The notes: a model not told the origin generated them from the letters alone. Positions 38,674-51,649 are shown, counted from the first letter of the stretch. The stretch is 64,000 bases of DNA from an uncultured Gemmatimonadales bacterium (GCA_963771275.1 CAVYSW010000003.1:960001-1024000), one strand, 5' to 3'. Numbers and translations: made by a program.

Positions 38674-39780
38674 ATGATGGACGCCCGGCGGCGGCGCGTC
38701 GCGCTCACCGCGGCGCTGCTCGCCGTCTGCGCCCGACCCGCCGCGGCGCAGATCCAGCTGCCCGAAGGTGTCTCCGTGCGGCTGTCCGCGCTGCTGGAGA
38801 CCCAGTTCAACACGACATCGGTGGACTCCGCCGCCGGCGCGGCCGTGCCCGCGAGCGAGTTCGCGATCCGGCGGGCGCGCGTCACCTTCGACCTGAAGGT
38901 CGGTGACTTCCTCTCGGCGCGCTTCGAGCCCGATTACAACATCTACTCGAGCAGCACGGGCGCGGGGACCTTCTCCCTCCGCGACGGTTGGGTGCGGGCG
39001 ACGTTCGGTCCCGCGCTGCGGGCGACGCTGGGGCAGTTCAAGCGCCCGTTCGATCTCTTCCAGCTCACCGCCGCGAGTCAGCTGCTGGTGATCGAGCGCA
39101 CCGGAGCCGTGCGGGGCACGGCGTGCGGGGCGCTGCCGTCGGTGTGCTCGTTCAGCACCCTCACCGCGGGCCTGCTCTACGCCGACCGGGACGTCGGCGT
39201 CATGCTGGACGGCGAAGTGGTCGCCGGGCGAATCCGCTACGCCGCCGCGCTCACCAACGGCCGGCCGCCCAACCAGCGGGAGAACAGCAGCAACAAGTCA
39301 TACACCGGCCGAGTGTCGGTCCGCCCGGCGAAGGACGTCCTGCTGAGCGCGAACGCCGCCTACAAGGACTACGCGCACCCGACGAGTGGCGCGCAGACGT
39401 TCGCCACGGCGTGGGGCGCCGATGTTGAGCTCGGCAGCTACACTCGCGGACTGCACGTGCAGGCGGGGCTCGTGGGGGGCGACGACTGGCTGGTGGCAGC
39501 CGGTCCCCAGGACGTCGCACGGTTCTTCGCGATGCAGGCGATCGTGACGTACAAGGCGCCGGTGCGCCACAAGCGGATCACGAGCATCGAGCCGGTCGTC
39601 CGAGCGAGTTGGGCCGACCCGGACACCGACACGGCCGGCGACGACGGCTGGCTGCTCACCCCCGGGCTCAACGTGTATCTTGGGGGCCGGAACGTGCTGC
39701 TCACCGACGTCGACGTGTGGACCCCACATGTGGGGGCAACGCAGTATTCACTCAAGACGCAGTGGAATTTCTACTTCTAA
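38674..39780 (+). CDS. Outer-membrane porin (OprO/P-like family)
   Basis: Signal peptide, FAIRRARV, GQFKRPF, RDVGVML, C-terminal WNFYF. Confidence 0.8.
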   Translation: MMDARRRRVALTAALLAVCARPAAAQIQLPEGVSVRLSALLETQFNTTSVDSAAGAAVPASEFAIRRARVTFDLKVGDFLSARFEPDYNIYSSSTGAGTFSLRDGWVRATFGPALRATLGQFKRPFDLFQLTAASQLLVIERTGAVRGTACGALPSVCSFSTLTAGLLYADRDVGVMLDGEVVAGRIRYAAALTNGRPPNQRENSSNKSYTGRVSVRPAKDVLLSANAAYKDYAHPTSGAQTFATAWGADVELGSYTRGLHVQAGLVGGDDWLVAAGPQDVARFFAMQAIVTYKAPVRHKRITSIEPVVRASWADPDTDTAGDDGWLLTPGLNVYLGGRNVLLTDVDVWTPHVGATQYSLKTQWNFYF

Positions 39781-39802
39781 CCTTCAGACGAGGCGACACA
39801 TC

Positions 39803-40252
39803 ATGAGTAGGCGCAGTCTTGCGGCATCGTCGGTCCTGCTCGCACTCGCGTTCAGTGCGTGCAAGGGTGGGGAGAAGGCTCAGGAGCAGCAGGCGGCTCC
39901 GGAAGCGGCGGCGCCATCACAGACCGCGGCCATCCCCGCCGGCGAGCTTCCGCCCGGCGTCACCCAGGCCTTGGTGGACGAGGGCAACACGCTGTTCCAC
40001 GGGGCCGGGCTCTGCGCGACGTGTCACGGCGCCGACGGCAAGGGCGTACCGGGACTCGGCGCCAATCTCACCGACAGCACGTGGCTCCACAGCGATGGCT
40101 CGTACGACGCCATCGTGAAGCAGGTCATCGAGGGCGTGCCGGCGAACGTCTCCACCTCGGGGGCCGCGATGCCGGCCAAGGGTGGCTCGAGCCTCACGGA
40201 CGACCAGGTCAAGGCGGTCGCCTCGTACGTCTGGAGCCTGAGCAAGAAGTAG
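39803..40252 (+). CDS. Lipoprotein monoheme cytochrome c, paralog of 38281-38670
   Basis: Lipobox FSAC, Ala/Gln linker, CATCHG, GANLTDSTWLHSDGSYDAIVKQ, AMPAKGG. Confidence 0.9.
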   Translation: MSRRSLAASSVLLALAFSACKGGEKAQEQQAAPEAAAPSQTAAIPAGELPPGVTQALVDEGNTLFHGAGLCATCHGADGKGVPGLGANLTDSTWLHSDGSYDAIVKQVIEGVPANVSTSGAAMPAKGGSSLTDDQVKAVASYVWSLSKK

Positions 40253-40335
40253 CCGTCGCCACAGCGGTCGGGCCGGCCGGTTGCCGCAGCGAACCGGCCG
40301 ACCCTCACCGTGCGACGTGCCCGGAGCGCGCAGCG

Positions 40336-41550
40336 TCAGCTGCCGCACACCTCCGTGGCGTTGTACCGCGTGAAACCCATCGGGCCCCATTGCAGGAACA
40401 TGGCGGACCGACCACCCTCGGCGCTCCGCACGGGCAGCAGCGTCTGGACGAAGTGCCGCGACGTGCTCTCCATGCGGTGCCACAGCCTCGCCGACTGCTC
40501 TTGCCGGACGATCGCCGCCTGCGGCACGCCGCTCGGCTCGCCCGTCAGCGGATTCAGCGGCGTTACCGTGAGCCGGCCGTCGGCGCGGAAGTCGCGCCGG
40601 TACTCGCCGCTCCGCGTGAGCACGTCGGTCTGCCAGAGGCTCACCGACCCCTGGATGTCGATGTACTTGTCGCCGTTCGGATTGCAGATCGGCTTCGGCG
40701 CCACGATGTCGTACGGCAGCGTGATGCGCTGCTCGAACGCGCCCGGCTGCAGGGGCACCGCGGCGGCAACCTGCAGGATCGTGGCGTTCCCGTCGTTCGG
40801 GATCCCAACAGGATCGGTCGCGACGTACCCCGGATTCCCCGTCACGATGTACTTGAGGTCGCCGGGCAGGGCGTTGAACAGCTGCGGAATGATCGTCCGG
40901 AACGTCGGCGCATCCGTGATGGGACCCGTCCCGCCCGCGGGTCCACCAAGCCCGCCGCGGATGAAGTCGGCGAAGACCAGCGTCTCCGCCAGCTCCCAGG
41001 AGAGCACCTGGTGGTCCGCCGTGCCCGGAATCAGGATCTCGAAATGCGCGTTGCCGACGGTATGGTCGCCGGCCGGGAACAGGCGCAGGTGCACGCGTGC
41101 GGGCTGGTAGTCACCACAGCTCAGCTGGATCACCGATCCCGCCCACTTGTCGCTCGCGAACGTCACCTGCTCGTCGCCGCCGAGCGCATCCTGCCACGTA
41201 CAGGTGAACGCCGCGAGGGGCGCGAGGGCCGGATCGATGGCGCCGAGCCCGCTGCGGTCGCCGTTGAGGCTCATCAGCGCCGCGCGGATGTTCAGCGGGC
41301 CCGCGTTGCCCGTGAAGATCAGGTTGATGGGATCCTGATTGTCTGACTGATAGTGGTTGAGGGTGTAGGGAAGGAACTCGATGCCGTCTGCCATCACCAA
41401 ACCCGCGGGCGCCGGATACGTCGCCCGATGCAGCTCGGCGTCGGGCGCGTCCGTCGCCACCGGGTTGCGGTCGTCGGTACAACCGATCGAGACCGCCAAC
41501 GTCAGGCCGGCCACCACGCCGACCGCCCGTCCTGCCAGATTGCCACGCAT
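40336..41550 (-). CDS. Hypothetical lipoprotein
   Basis: GGAGGAGG RBS, lipobox SIGC, DPINLIF and RVHLRLF segments; family not recognised. Confidence 0.7.
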   Translation of the reverse strand: MRGNLAGRAVGVVAGLTLAVSIGCTDDRNPVATDAPDAELHRATYPAPAGLVMADGIEFLPYTLNHYQSDNQDPINLIFTGNAGPLNIRAALMSLNGDRSGLGAIDPALAPLAAFTCTWQDALGGDEQVTFASDKWAGSVIQLSCGDYQPARVHLRLFPAGDHTVGNAHFEILIPGTADHQVLSWELAETLVFADFIRGGLGGPAGGTGPITDAPTFRTIIPQLFNALPGDLKYIVTGNPGYVATDPVGIPNDGNATILQVAAAVPLQPGAFEQRITLPYDIVAPKPICNPNGDKYIDIQGSVSLWQTDVLTRSGEYRRDFRADGRLTVTPLNPLTGEPSGVPQAAIVRQEQSARLWHRMESTSRHFVQTLLPVRSAEGGRSAMFLQWGPMGFTRYNATEVCGS

Positions 41551-41594
41551 GACCGCCTCCTCCGAGAGAGTGTGCTGCCAGGGAGTCGGCGGGA

Positions 41595-41628
41595 ACGCTA
41601 CGGAAGGACCGTCAAGCGGGCGTCAAGC
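41595..41628 (-). promoter_or_regulatory. SARP-type 11-bp-spaced direct repeat plus -10 box
   Basis: Minus strand reads GCTTGACG-CCC-GCTTGACG-N9-TAGCGT, upstream of the lipoprotein gene. Confidence 0.6.
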
Positions 41629-43519
41629 TGGCCGCCTCCAACACCCTGCGCTTCTGGCCGGGAGTGAGCATGTCACGGGCGATCACGTCCCTCACGATCC
41701 GCGCGACGAACGTATAGCCGCGGGACTCGGCCAGCGCCCAACGCTGCCATTCCAGCTCGTCGAGCGCGTTCCGCGCGTCCTCGGCGGCAAGGGCGGTGGC
41801 CTGCCGGACGAGATCCTCGGTCACCCGGTCCGGCAGCACCGACATGGCCGCGAGGACGACCTGGGCATCGCGCGAGAGACCGCGGAAGCCCACCCGGATC
41901 GCGGCGACGACCGCATCGGGCAGGTCGCCCGGCAGCGTCTGCTCGAGCGTGCGGTACGGCGCCGGCCACGCGCCGCCCGCCTCCGCGGGCTCGAGTCCGC
42001 GCACCACGGCGTGCAGCAGCTCGACGACCAGCAACGGCACGCCCGCCGAGTCGAGCGCGACGCGACGCGCCAGCCGATCGGCGGCGTCCGCCGTGTAGTG
42101 GGGGAGCGCCCACCGCACGAGCGTCGCGATCTCCGTCCGGGTGAGCCGGTCGAGCGCGAGTGCCGTCCCATCGAGTGACCGTCCCACGTCGGCCCGCAGC
42201 TCGTTCACGATCGGGTGGTCGTACCCGGTCATCACCGCCAGCACGACCAGCACCGGCCCGTGCGCGAGATCCCGCAACACGGCCTGCAGCCCGAGCAGTG
42301 AGGCGTCGTCCAGCCATTGCGCGTCGTCGAGCGCCAGGAGCACCGGGCGCTCTTCCGCGGCGGCACCGACGATCTCGCGGAATCCGCCGCCGACGGGCGA
42401 CTCCGCGCCGGTGCGGGCGGCGGGGAAGCGATCGCCCCAGGCCGGGATGCGTCGCGCGAACGCGCTGAGCGCCTCGACCGGCGCCGAGCCGATGCCGGGC
42501 GCCTCGAGCAACCCGCCGCGGGCAAGGCCGATCAGTCCGCTGCATGGCTCGGCGGCGTCCGCGCGCACCGCCAGCGCCGCGGCCGTCGTCCAGCCGGCGA
42601 GCGCGAGCCGGCCGGCCAGCTCCTCGAGCACGCGCGTCTTGCCGATGCCCATGTCGCCCTCGATCACCGCGAGGCCGGCGCGCGGTCCCCCGGCCACGCG
42701 CTCGCACAGGCTCGCCAGATCGCCGAGCGCGCGCTCGCGGCCCACCAGCGGCGCGCGGCGCGACCAGAGATCCTGCTGCTCGGCGACCAGCCGCGGGCGC
42801 GTCGGCGCCCGGGCGCGACGGATGCGGTCGGCCAGCTCGGCGGTCCCGGGCTCGGGCTCCGCCCCGGTTTCGCGTCGCACCCGGTCGGCAAACGCGGTGA
42901 ACACCTCGAGCGCCGCCGCCCGGTCGCCCGCGAGCGCCTCCGCCTGCATCACGGTCCGGACCACGGAGTCCGACAACGGCTCCATCGCAAGGGCGCGGCG
43001 CGCAGCCTCGAGCGCTTCCCGCGTCTGGCCGATGCACAGCCGGCCCGCGGCCGCCCGCCGTAGCGCCTCGGCCGCCCGCCGGCGCCATGTGGACCGCTGC
43101 GCCGCGAGCCAGTCCTCGAACGGCGACGCGTCGGGCACCACGAAGCCTTCCATGAAGTCGCCGGCCACGAGCGCCGCCGCCTCCGGCCACCGGCCCGCGG
43201 CCACATGGTGGTCGAACTCCTCGGTGTCGAGAGTCACGGCCTCACCCACGAGGCGTACCTGCGTGCCGTCGGCGTCCACCGCCGCTTCCCCAATGCTGTG
43301 CCGCAGGATCCGGATCGCCTCGCGCACCGAATGCCGCGCCTGGGTCTCCTGCTTGTCGCCCCATAACAGCCCGACGATGTGGTCGCGGGTGCGCGCCCGC
43401 TTGGGGGAGAGCGCGAGGTAGACCAGCAGCGCGAGGTGCTTGCGCCAGAGCAGCTCGGCCGGCGCGGGCCGTCCGTCCGCGCTCACCTCGACGGGACCGA
43501 GCAGCCGGCAGGAGATCAT
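41612..43519 (-). CDS. SARP/BTAD transcriptional activator with an AAA ATPase domain
   Basis: CRLLGPVEV...KHLALLVYLAL...GLLWG, FEDWLAAQR, EPLSD, LVGRE, EGDMGIGKTR, LDDAQWLD. Confidence 0.88.
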   Translation of the reverse strand: MISCRLLGPVEVSADGRPAPAELLWRKHLALLVYLALSPKRARTRDHIVGLLWGDKQETQARHSVREAIRILRHSIGEAAVDADGTQVRLVGEAVTLDTEEFDHHVAAGRWPEAAALVAGDFMEGFVVPDASPFEDWLAAQRSTWRRRAAEALRRAAAGRLCIGQTREALEAARRALAMEPLSDSVVRTVMQAEALAGDRAAALEVFTAFADRVRRETGAEPEPGTAELADRIRRARAPTRPRLVAEQQDLWSRRAPLVGRERALGDLASLCERVAGGPRAGLAVIEGDMGIGKTRVLEELAGRLALAGWTTAAALAVRADAAEPCSGLIGLARGGLLEAPGIGSAPVEALSAFARRIPAWGDRFPAARTGAESPVGGGFREIVGAAAEERPVLLALDDAQWLDDASLLGLQAVLRDLAHGPVLVVLAVMTGYDHPIVNELRADVGRSLDGTALALDRLTRTEIATLVRWALPHYTADAADRLARRVALDSAGVPLLVVELLHAVVRGLEPAEAGGAWPAPYRTLEQTLPGDLPDAVVAAIRVGFRGLSRDAQVVLAAMSVLPDRVTEDLVRQATALAAEDARNALDELEWQRWALAESRGYTFVARIVRDVIARDMLTPGQKRRVLEAASLTPA

Positions 43520-43520
43520 G

Positions 43521-44680
43521 TCAGAACAGCTGCCCCACGTCGATGTAGAACTGCACGCCCGCCTCCCGCCCGTACGCCACGTCGAACGTGACGATGAAGG
43601 CGTCGCCCCACGTGAGCCGCCCGCCGCCGCCGGTGCCCCAGGCCACGTTGCGGAGCGTCAGGGACTCGCCCGGCGACCACACGCGGCCGGCATCGAGGAA
43701 TGCCACGAGGCCGGGCCGCAGCCGCTGGCCGAGCAGGTCGAACCGGCCCCCGCGCCAGCGCGCTTCCAGGTTGGCAAGCCCGCGCCGCCGGTCGAGCAGG
43801 CGTCCGCGAAACACCCCGCGGAGCGTCCGCCCGCCGCCGAGCTCCGTGAGGTCGCCAAGCGACGAGCCCATGTCGGGCAGCATGGAGATCGGCATGTCGC
43901 CCGCCACGGTCTCACCGAGCACGCGGAGCGCGACGTTCAGGCCGCGCGTGAGTGGCAGATAGCCGCGGAACGTGCCGGTGAGTCGCGTGAACGTGTGGTC
44001 GCTCCCGAGCGCCGGCATGCCGCGCCATACCAGGGCATCGATCCAGACGCCGCGCTGCGGGTCACGCTCCTGGTCCCGCGTATCCAGCACCAATCCCAGC
44101 TTCACGCCCGCCGAGACCGTGATGCCGTCGGTGGCCGGGAACACGCCCGCGGCGGAATCGGCCGCGAACCGGGTCGCGGGGCTCCTCGACGAGGCGTCCA
44201 TCCGGTGCGCCGCGTATCCCACCAGCACCCGGAGCGGGCCGAGCGCGCGCCACTGCAGATCCGCGAGCCCCGTCAGGCGCTCGCGTACGTACGTGTAGTA
44301 GTTCGGCCCGAGGTCGGGGTTCGCGAGCACCGGGTCGTACGTGGTGGCATTGCCGAGGCCATAGTAGGGCAGGCAGCAGTCCTGGTCCCACAGCACGAGC
44401 CCGCTGACCCGCAGGCGGCGGTGCACCAGGTACGGGATGTCGGCAAACACCCGCAGCTCACGCCGCCCGTTCGTCGTGAAGAAGATCAGCGGCTCGACCG
44501 CCCAGTAGTACGGATCCACCGCCCCGTCGCCGTGCCCGTACACGCCGCCGATGACCCCGTAGCCGAATCCCTCGTCGGAGTTGTAGTTGAGCGCCGGGAG
44601 CGCGGACACGCGCGTGCCGGTGATGCGCTGCGCGGACGCTCCGTGCCAGCCGCCCGCGAGCGCGAGCGCCGCGATCAGTA

Positions 44681-44693
<13 letters not shown>
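43521..44693 (-). CDS. BamA/TamA (Omp85) family barrel-only outer-membrane protein
   Basis: LPALNYNSDEGFGYG, LDTRD, LGGGRTLRG, ANLEARW, FLDAGRVW, GQLF C-terminus. Confidence 0.82.
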
Positions 44694-47584
<2,891 letters not shown>

Positions 47585-47605
47585 CCCCGGGTTTGGGTAA
47601 TCTCC

Positions 47606-47634
47606 ACGCTACGCCCCGGGGACGGCCCGGTCAA
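47606..47634 (-). promoter_or_regulatory. Sigma70-like promoter of the kinase operon
   Basis: Minus strand reads TTGACC-N17-TAGCGT, about 21 nt upstream of ATG 47584. Confidence 0.5.
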
Positions 47635-47722
47635 GCACGCGTGCCGGGCCGGCGATTCCGTTTCGCCGTCAGTATGTGCAGCTTTTGCGATGCGGGGGCG
47701 CACTATCTTCCAGGAGGCCGCC

Positions 47723-48397
47723 ATGACACTCGCGATCACGTACCTCGGTCACGCCGGCTTCATGCTCGGGGGCGGCGGCCACACCTTGCTCGTCGACCCG
47801 TTTCTCACCGGCAATCCGGTGGCGAAGCATGCGGCCCGGGACCTGCGCTGCGACTACATCGCGCTCACGCACGGCCACAGCGACCACCTCGGCGACACGG
47901 TGGCGATCGCCAAGGCCACCGGCGCCGCGGTGATCGCCGTGTTCGAGATCTGCTCGTTTCTCGAGGCGCAGGGCGTGCACCGCACCGAGCCCGGCAACAC
48001 GGGCGGCCGAATCCTGACCCCGTTCGGGTGGGTCGCGTTCACGCCCGCGTTTCACTCGTCGTCGTTCGAGGGCCACTACCTGGGCATGCCATGCGGGCTC
48101 GTGATCCACATGGGCGGCGTCACGCTCTATCACTGCGGCGACACGGGCCTGTTCGGCGACATGCGGCTGCTCGGCGAGATCTACGAGCCCGACATCGCGT
48201 GCATCCCGATCGGCGACCGGTTCACGATGGGCCCGGCGCTCGCGACCCGCGCCGCCGAGCTGATCAACCCCAAGGTCGCGATCCCGATGCACTACGACAC
48301 CTGGCCGCTGATCGCGCAGGACCCCAAGGCGTTCGCGCCGAAGGGCGTGCCGGTACGCGTCATGCGTCCAGGGGATACGTGGGAGTACACCACGTGA
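47723..48397 (+). CDS. Metal-dependent hydrolase (metallo-beta-lactamase fold, UPF0173)
   Basis: YLGHAGF, VDPFLTGNP, THGHSDHLGD, AFHSS, HCGDTGLF, PIGDRFTMG, PMHYDTW. Confidence 0.92.
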   Translation: MTLAITYLGHAGFMLGGGGHTLLVDPFLTGNPVAKHAARDLRCDYIALTHGHSDHLGDTVAIAKATGAAVIAVFEICSFLEAQGVHRTEPGNTGGRILTPFGWVAFTPAFHSSSFEGHYLGMPCGLVIHMGGVTLYHCGDTGLFGDMRLLGEIYEPDIACIPIGDRFTMGPALATRAAELINPKVAIPMHYDTWPLIAQDPKAFAPKGVPVRVMRPGDTWEYTT

Positions 48398-48410
48398 AGC
48401 GGCGGGGACG

Positions 48411-49361
48411 TTGCGCGCCGTCCTGATCGCGCACCCCGGCGGCCCCGAGGTTCTCGAGCTGCGCGACGTGCCGACGCCGCTGCCCGCGGACGGCCAGGTC
48501 CGCGTTCGCGTGCGGGCGTTCGGCATCAACCGGGCCGATCTGCTGCAGCGCCGCGGACTCTACCCGGCCCCGCCCGACGCATCACAGAACATCCCCGGAC
48601 TCGAGTTCGCGGGCGAGGAGGAACGGTCGGGAAGACGGGTCATGGGCATCGTGGGCGGCGGCGCCTACGCCGAGTACGTGATCGTTCCGGCGAACCAGTT
48701 GCTCCCGATACCCGCCGGGCTGAGCTTCGCGGAAGCGGCGGCCGTGCCCGAGGCATTCCTTACCGCCTTCGACGCGTTGGAGCGGCTGGCGGTGGGCGCC
48801 GGCGAATGGGTGCTCGTGCACGCGGTGGGGAGCGGTGTGGGAACTGCGGCCGTTCAGCTGATCCGCGCCCGCGGCGCCCGCTCGATCGGCACGTCCCGCA
48901 CGCCCGCCAAGCTCGCGCGCGCGCGTGCGCTGGGCCTCGATCACGGGGCGGATGCCACGGCGCCCGATTTCGTGGCGACGGTCCGGCGCATCACGGACGG
49001 CGGCGCGCACGCCGCGCTCGACCTGATAGGGGGGCCGCGGTTCCCGGTCACCCTCGAGGCGCTGCGCGAGCGCGGCCGGCTCGTCCTGGTCGGGCTCACC
49101 GCCGGCGCGCGTGCCGACGTGGACCTGAGCCTCATCTTGCGCCGGCGGCTCCGCATCGAAGGGACGGCGCTCAGGACCCGTGGCGCCTCGGAGAAGGCCG
49201 CGCTGGCAGCGGCGTTCCACGAGGCGGTGCTGCCGCTGTTCGAGCGCGGCGCGCTGCGGCCGGTGCTCGACCGCATCATGCCGCTCGAGCGGGTGGCGGA
49301 GGCGCACGCCTACATGGAATCCAACGCGGGCTTCGGGAAGATCGTGGTGGAGGTGCCGTGA
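48411..49361 (+). CDS. NAD(P)H-quinone oxidoreductase (PIG3/MDR family)
   Basis: GINRADLLQRRGLYP, PGLEFAG, GGGAYAEY, HAVGSGVGTAA, GKIVV. Confidence 0.9.
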   Translation: MRAVLIAHPGGPEVLELRDVPTPLPADGQVRVRVRAFGINRADLLQRRGLYPAPPDASQNIPGLEFAGEEERSGRRVMGIVGGGAYAEYVIVPANQLLPIPAGLSFAEAAAVPEAFLTAFDALERLAVGAGEWVLVHAVGSGVGTAAVQLIRARGARSIGTSRTPAKLARARALGLDHGADATAPDFVATVRRITDGGAHAALDLIGGPRFPVTLEALRERGRLVLVGLTAGARADVDLSLILRRRLRIEGTALRTRGASEKAALAAAFHEAVLPLFERGALRPVLDRIMPLERVAEAHAYMESNAGFGKIVVEVP

Positions 49362-50860
49362 TCGGCATCCCGGCGGACCTGCGGCAGGCGCTGATGGAGC
49401 GCTACGACCTCGAGGAGCCGATCGGCCGCGGCGGCATGGCGACCGTGTACCGCGCGCGCGACGTGAAGCACGGCCGGTCTGTCGCGGTGAAGGTGCTGCG
49501 GCCGGATCTCGGCGAGCTGATCGGACCCGAGCGGTTCCACCGCGAGATCGAGATCGCGGCACGGCTCACGCACCCCAACATCCTGCCGCTCTACGACTCC
49601 GGCGAGGCGGCGGGCGCCTTGTACTACGTCATGCCGTTCGTCGAGGGCGAATCGCTGCGCGGCCTGCTGAGCCGCGTGGGCCTGATGGATACCGAGGGGG
49701 CGCTCGAGCTGGTGCGGCGCGTGGCCGACGCGCTCGACTACGCGCACGGCGAGGGGATCCTCCACCGCGACATCAAGCCGGAGAACATCCTGCTCCCCGG
49801 CGGTCAGGCGGTGCTCGCGGACTTCGGCATCGCCAAGGCGGTGAGCAGCGCCACGAGTCCAGGCAACCTCACGCGCACCGGCATCGCCCTCGGCACGCCG
49901 GGATACATGAGCCCGGAACAGGCCGCAGGCCTGCTCGACCTCGATGCCACAACCGACGTCTACAGCCTCGCCGTCGTGACCTACGAGATGCTGGTGGGCG
50001 GGCTTCCGGGCGCGTGGATCACGCCGGATCAGCTCGCGGCGGGCCGGTTCCTCGAGGCGACCGCCGAGCATCGTACCCAGCTCGACCGGCTCCCCGCCGG
50101 CCTGGAGCAGGCCCTGCTCCACGGGTTGGCCCTGCGGCCCGAGCAGCGGTTCCCCAGCGCGGGCGAGTTCGCCTCCGCGTTGGAGCGGCCCGAGACAGTG
50201 ACCCTCGCGCCGCGGCGCGCCGAACGGGTGGTCGCAATGGCCGCGCCCGATCCCGGGCCGTCCATGCCACGGCCGTTCGCCGCGGCACCCGTCGAGGCAC
50301 CGGCGCCCGAGAGCGCGCTGCTCGGTGCCCCGACGATGCTCCGGCTCGAGCGCGTCATCGAGGGCGAGGTCCCACCAGAGGAGTTCCCGGCGCTGGTCGA
50401 GGAGATCCGGGCGACATTTGGCGTCATGGGCCACCTCGCCACGACCGAGCGCTCCCTGCTATGGACCGGGCGCAAGCCGAAGAAGCCGTTCAACGTGCTC
50501 AACCTGTCCGAGCTGCTCGAATCCGGCACCGGCGACGGGCCCGACGCCCTCGTGCGGATCGCCCCGCGCGGGGGCCGCACGCGGATCCAGATCGAGCAGC
50601 GCCTGGGCGAGGTCGCCGGGGGTGTGTTCGGCGGCGTGTGGGGTGGCGTCGGGGGGGGTGGGCTGGGCATCGTGTTCGGCGTCGGGATCGGCGCGCTGGG
50701 GCTGCCGCTCGGGCTCGTATTCGCCGGCGCCGCCGGCACCGTCGCCGGGAGCTATGCGCTCGCCCGCGCGATCTACCGGGCGGTGGTCGGCAGCAAGCGC
50801 CGGCGCGCCGAGCTGCTGCTGGACCGGCTCGTCGAGCACTGTGAGGAAACCGCGGAGTAG
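49358..50860 (+). CDS. Ser/Thr kinase with a Gly-rich C-terminal membrane hairpin
   Basis: IGRGGMATV, VAVK, HRDIKPEN, DFGIAK, GTPGYMSPE; GGVFGGVWGGVGGGGLG near the C-terminus. Confidence 0.88.
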   Translation: MIGIPADLRQALMERYDLEEPIGRGGMATVYRARDVKHGRSVAVKVLRPDLGELIGPERFHREIEIAARLTHPNILPLYDSGEAAGALYYVMPFVEGESLRGLLSRVGLMDTEGALELVRRVADALDYAHGEGILHRDIKPENILLPGGQAVLADFGIAKAVSSATSPGNLTRTGIALGTPGYMSPEQAAGLLDLDATTDVYSLAVVTYEMLVGGLPGAWITPDQLAAGRFLEATAEHRTQLDRLPAGLEQALLHGLALRPEQRFPSAGEFASALERPETVTLAPRRAERVVAMAAPDPGPSMPRPFAAAPVEAPAPESALLGAPTMLRLERVIEGEVPPEEFPALVEEIRATFGVMGHLATTERSLLWTGRKPKKPFNVLNLSELLESGTGDGPDALVRIAPRGGRTRIQIEQRLGEVAGGVFGGVWGGVGGGGLGIVFGVGIGALGLPLGLVFAGAAGTVAGSYALARAIYRAVVGSKRRRAELLLDRLVEHCEETAE

Positions 50861-50893
50861 CGAGCGAACCCCGGCCCAACCGCGCCGCCGCCG

Positions 50894-51335
50894 TTACGCC
50901 AACAGAGTGACCGGGTCGCCGACGGCGATCTCGCCGTCGTCGAGCACCTCGCCGTAGACGCCACCGCGCCCGTCGACGCCGAGCGCGTCCCTCAAGCCCG
51001 GAAACGCCTCGTCCATCCGCTCGCACGGCCGCGTCTCGCCGTTCACCCGGATGCGCACCGGCCCCACCTGTAGCACCCGCCCTCGGGCGTCGGGTAGCGC
51101 GATGCCCGACACCATGAGGTTGGCACGGCGCATCGCGGGTTCCACTCCTGCCCCCAGGGTCCGGCGCAGCTCGTCGAACACCTCGCGGGCGATGATCGTC
51201 ACCTGCCGCTGTCCTCCCTGATTGGCGTTGCCGACGAATGCCCCTCCCCGCCACGAGCGCGGCGCGCGAGGCGGAGTCCATCGGCCCGAGATGGGCCCGC
51301 TTGACCCAGATGGCGTCGAGACGCGGAGAAGGCAT
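50894..51335 (-). pseudogene. MOSC-domain protein with a +1 frameshift near 51237 (possibly a sequence error)
   Basis: LDAIWVKRAHLGPMD...GRGI, then VGNANQGGQRQVTII...RRANLMVSG...ETRPCERMD...RGGVYGEVL. Confidence 0.8.
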
Positions 51336-51649
51336 GGGGTTCTCGAGTCCGCAAGAAGGCGCTTCAGTTCCGGCTAGGAGGTACTATAACCGCGCTCCCG
51401 TGCGCCGAGCGACCTCGAGGTGGTGCTGATCCTCCTCCACAGGCTGGACCTCGGCACCGGCCTGATGGCCATCTGCTTCGCTCTGTTCTTCGGTGGCGTG
51501 TTCTCCGGATTGTCCGCGATCGAACGCGACGTGCGGGCGCTGCGAAGGCACTTCATGTCGACCGATCGAGGCACGGACGCCAAGTAGCGAGGTGCCATTG
51601 CGTCGCGGGCGAGGACCTTCCGCGCCGCGGACCCCGTAGGGATCTTGGT

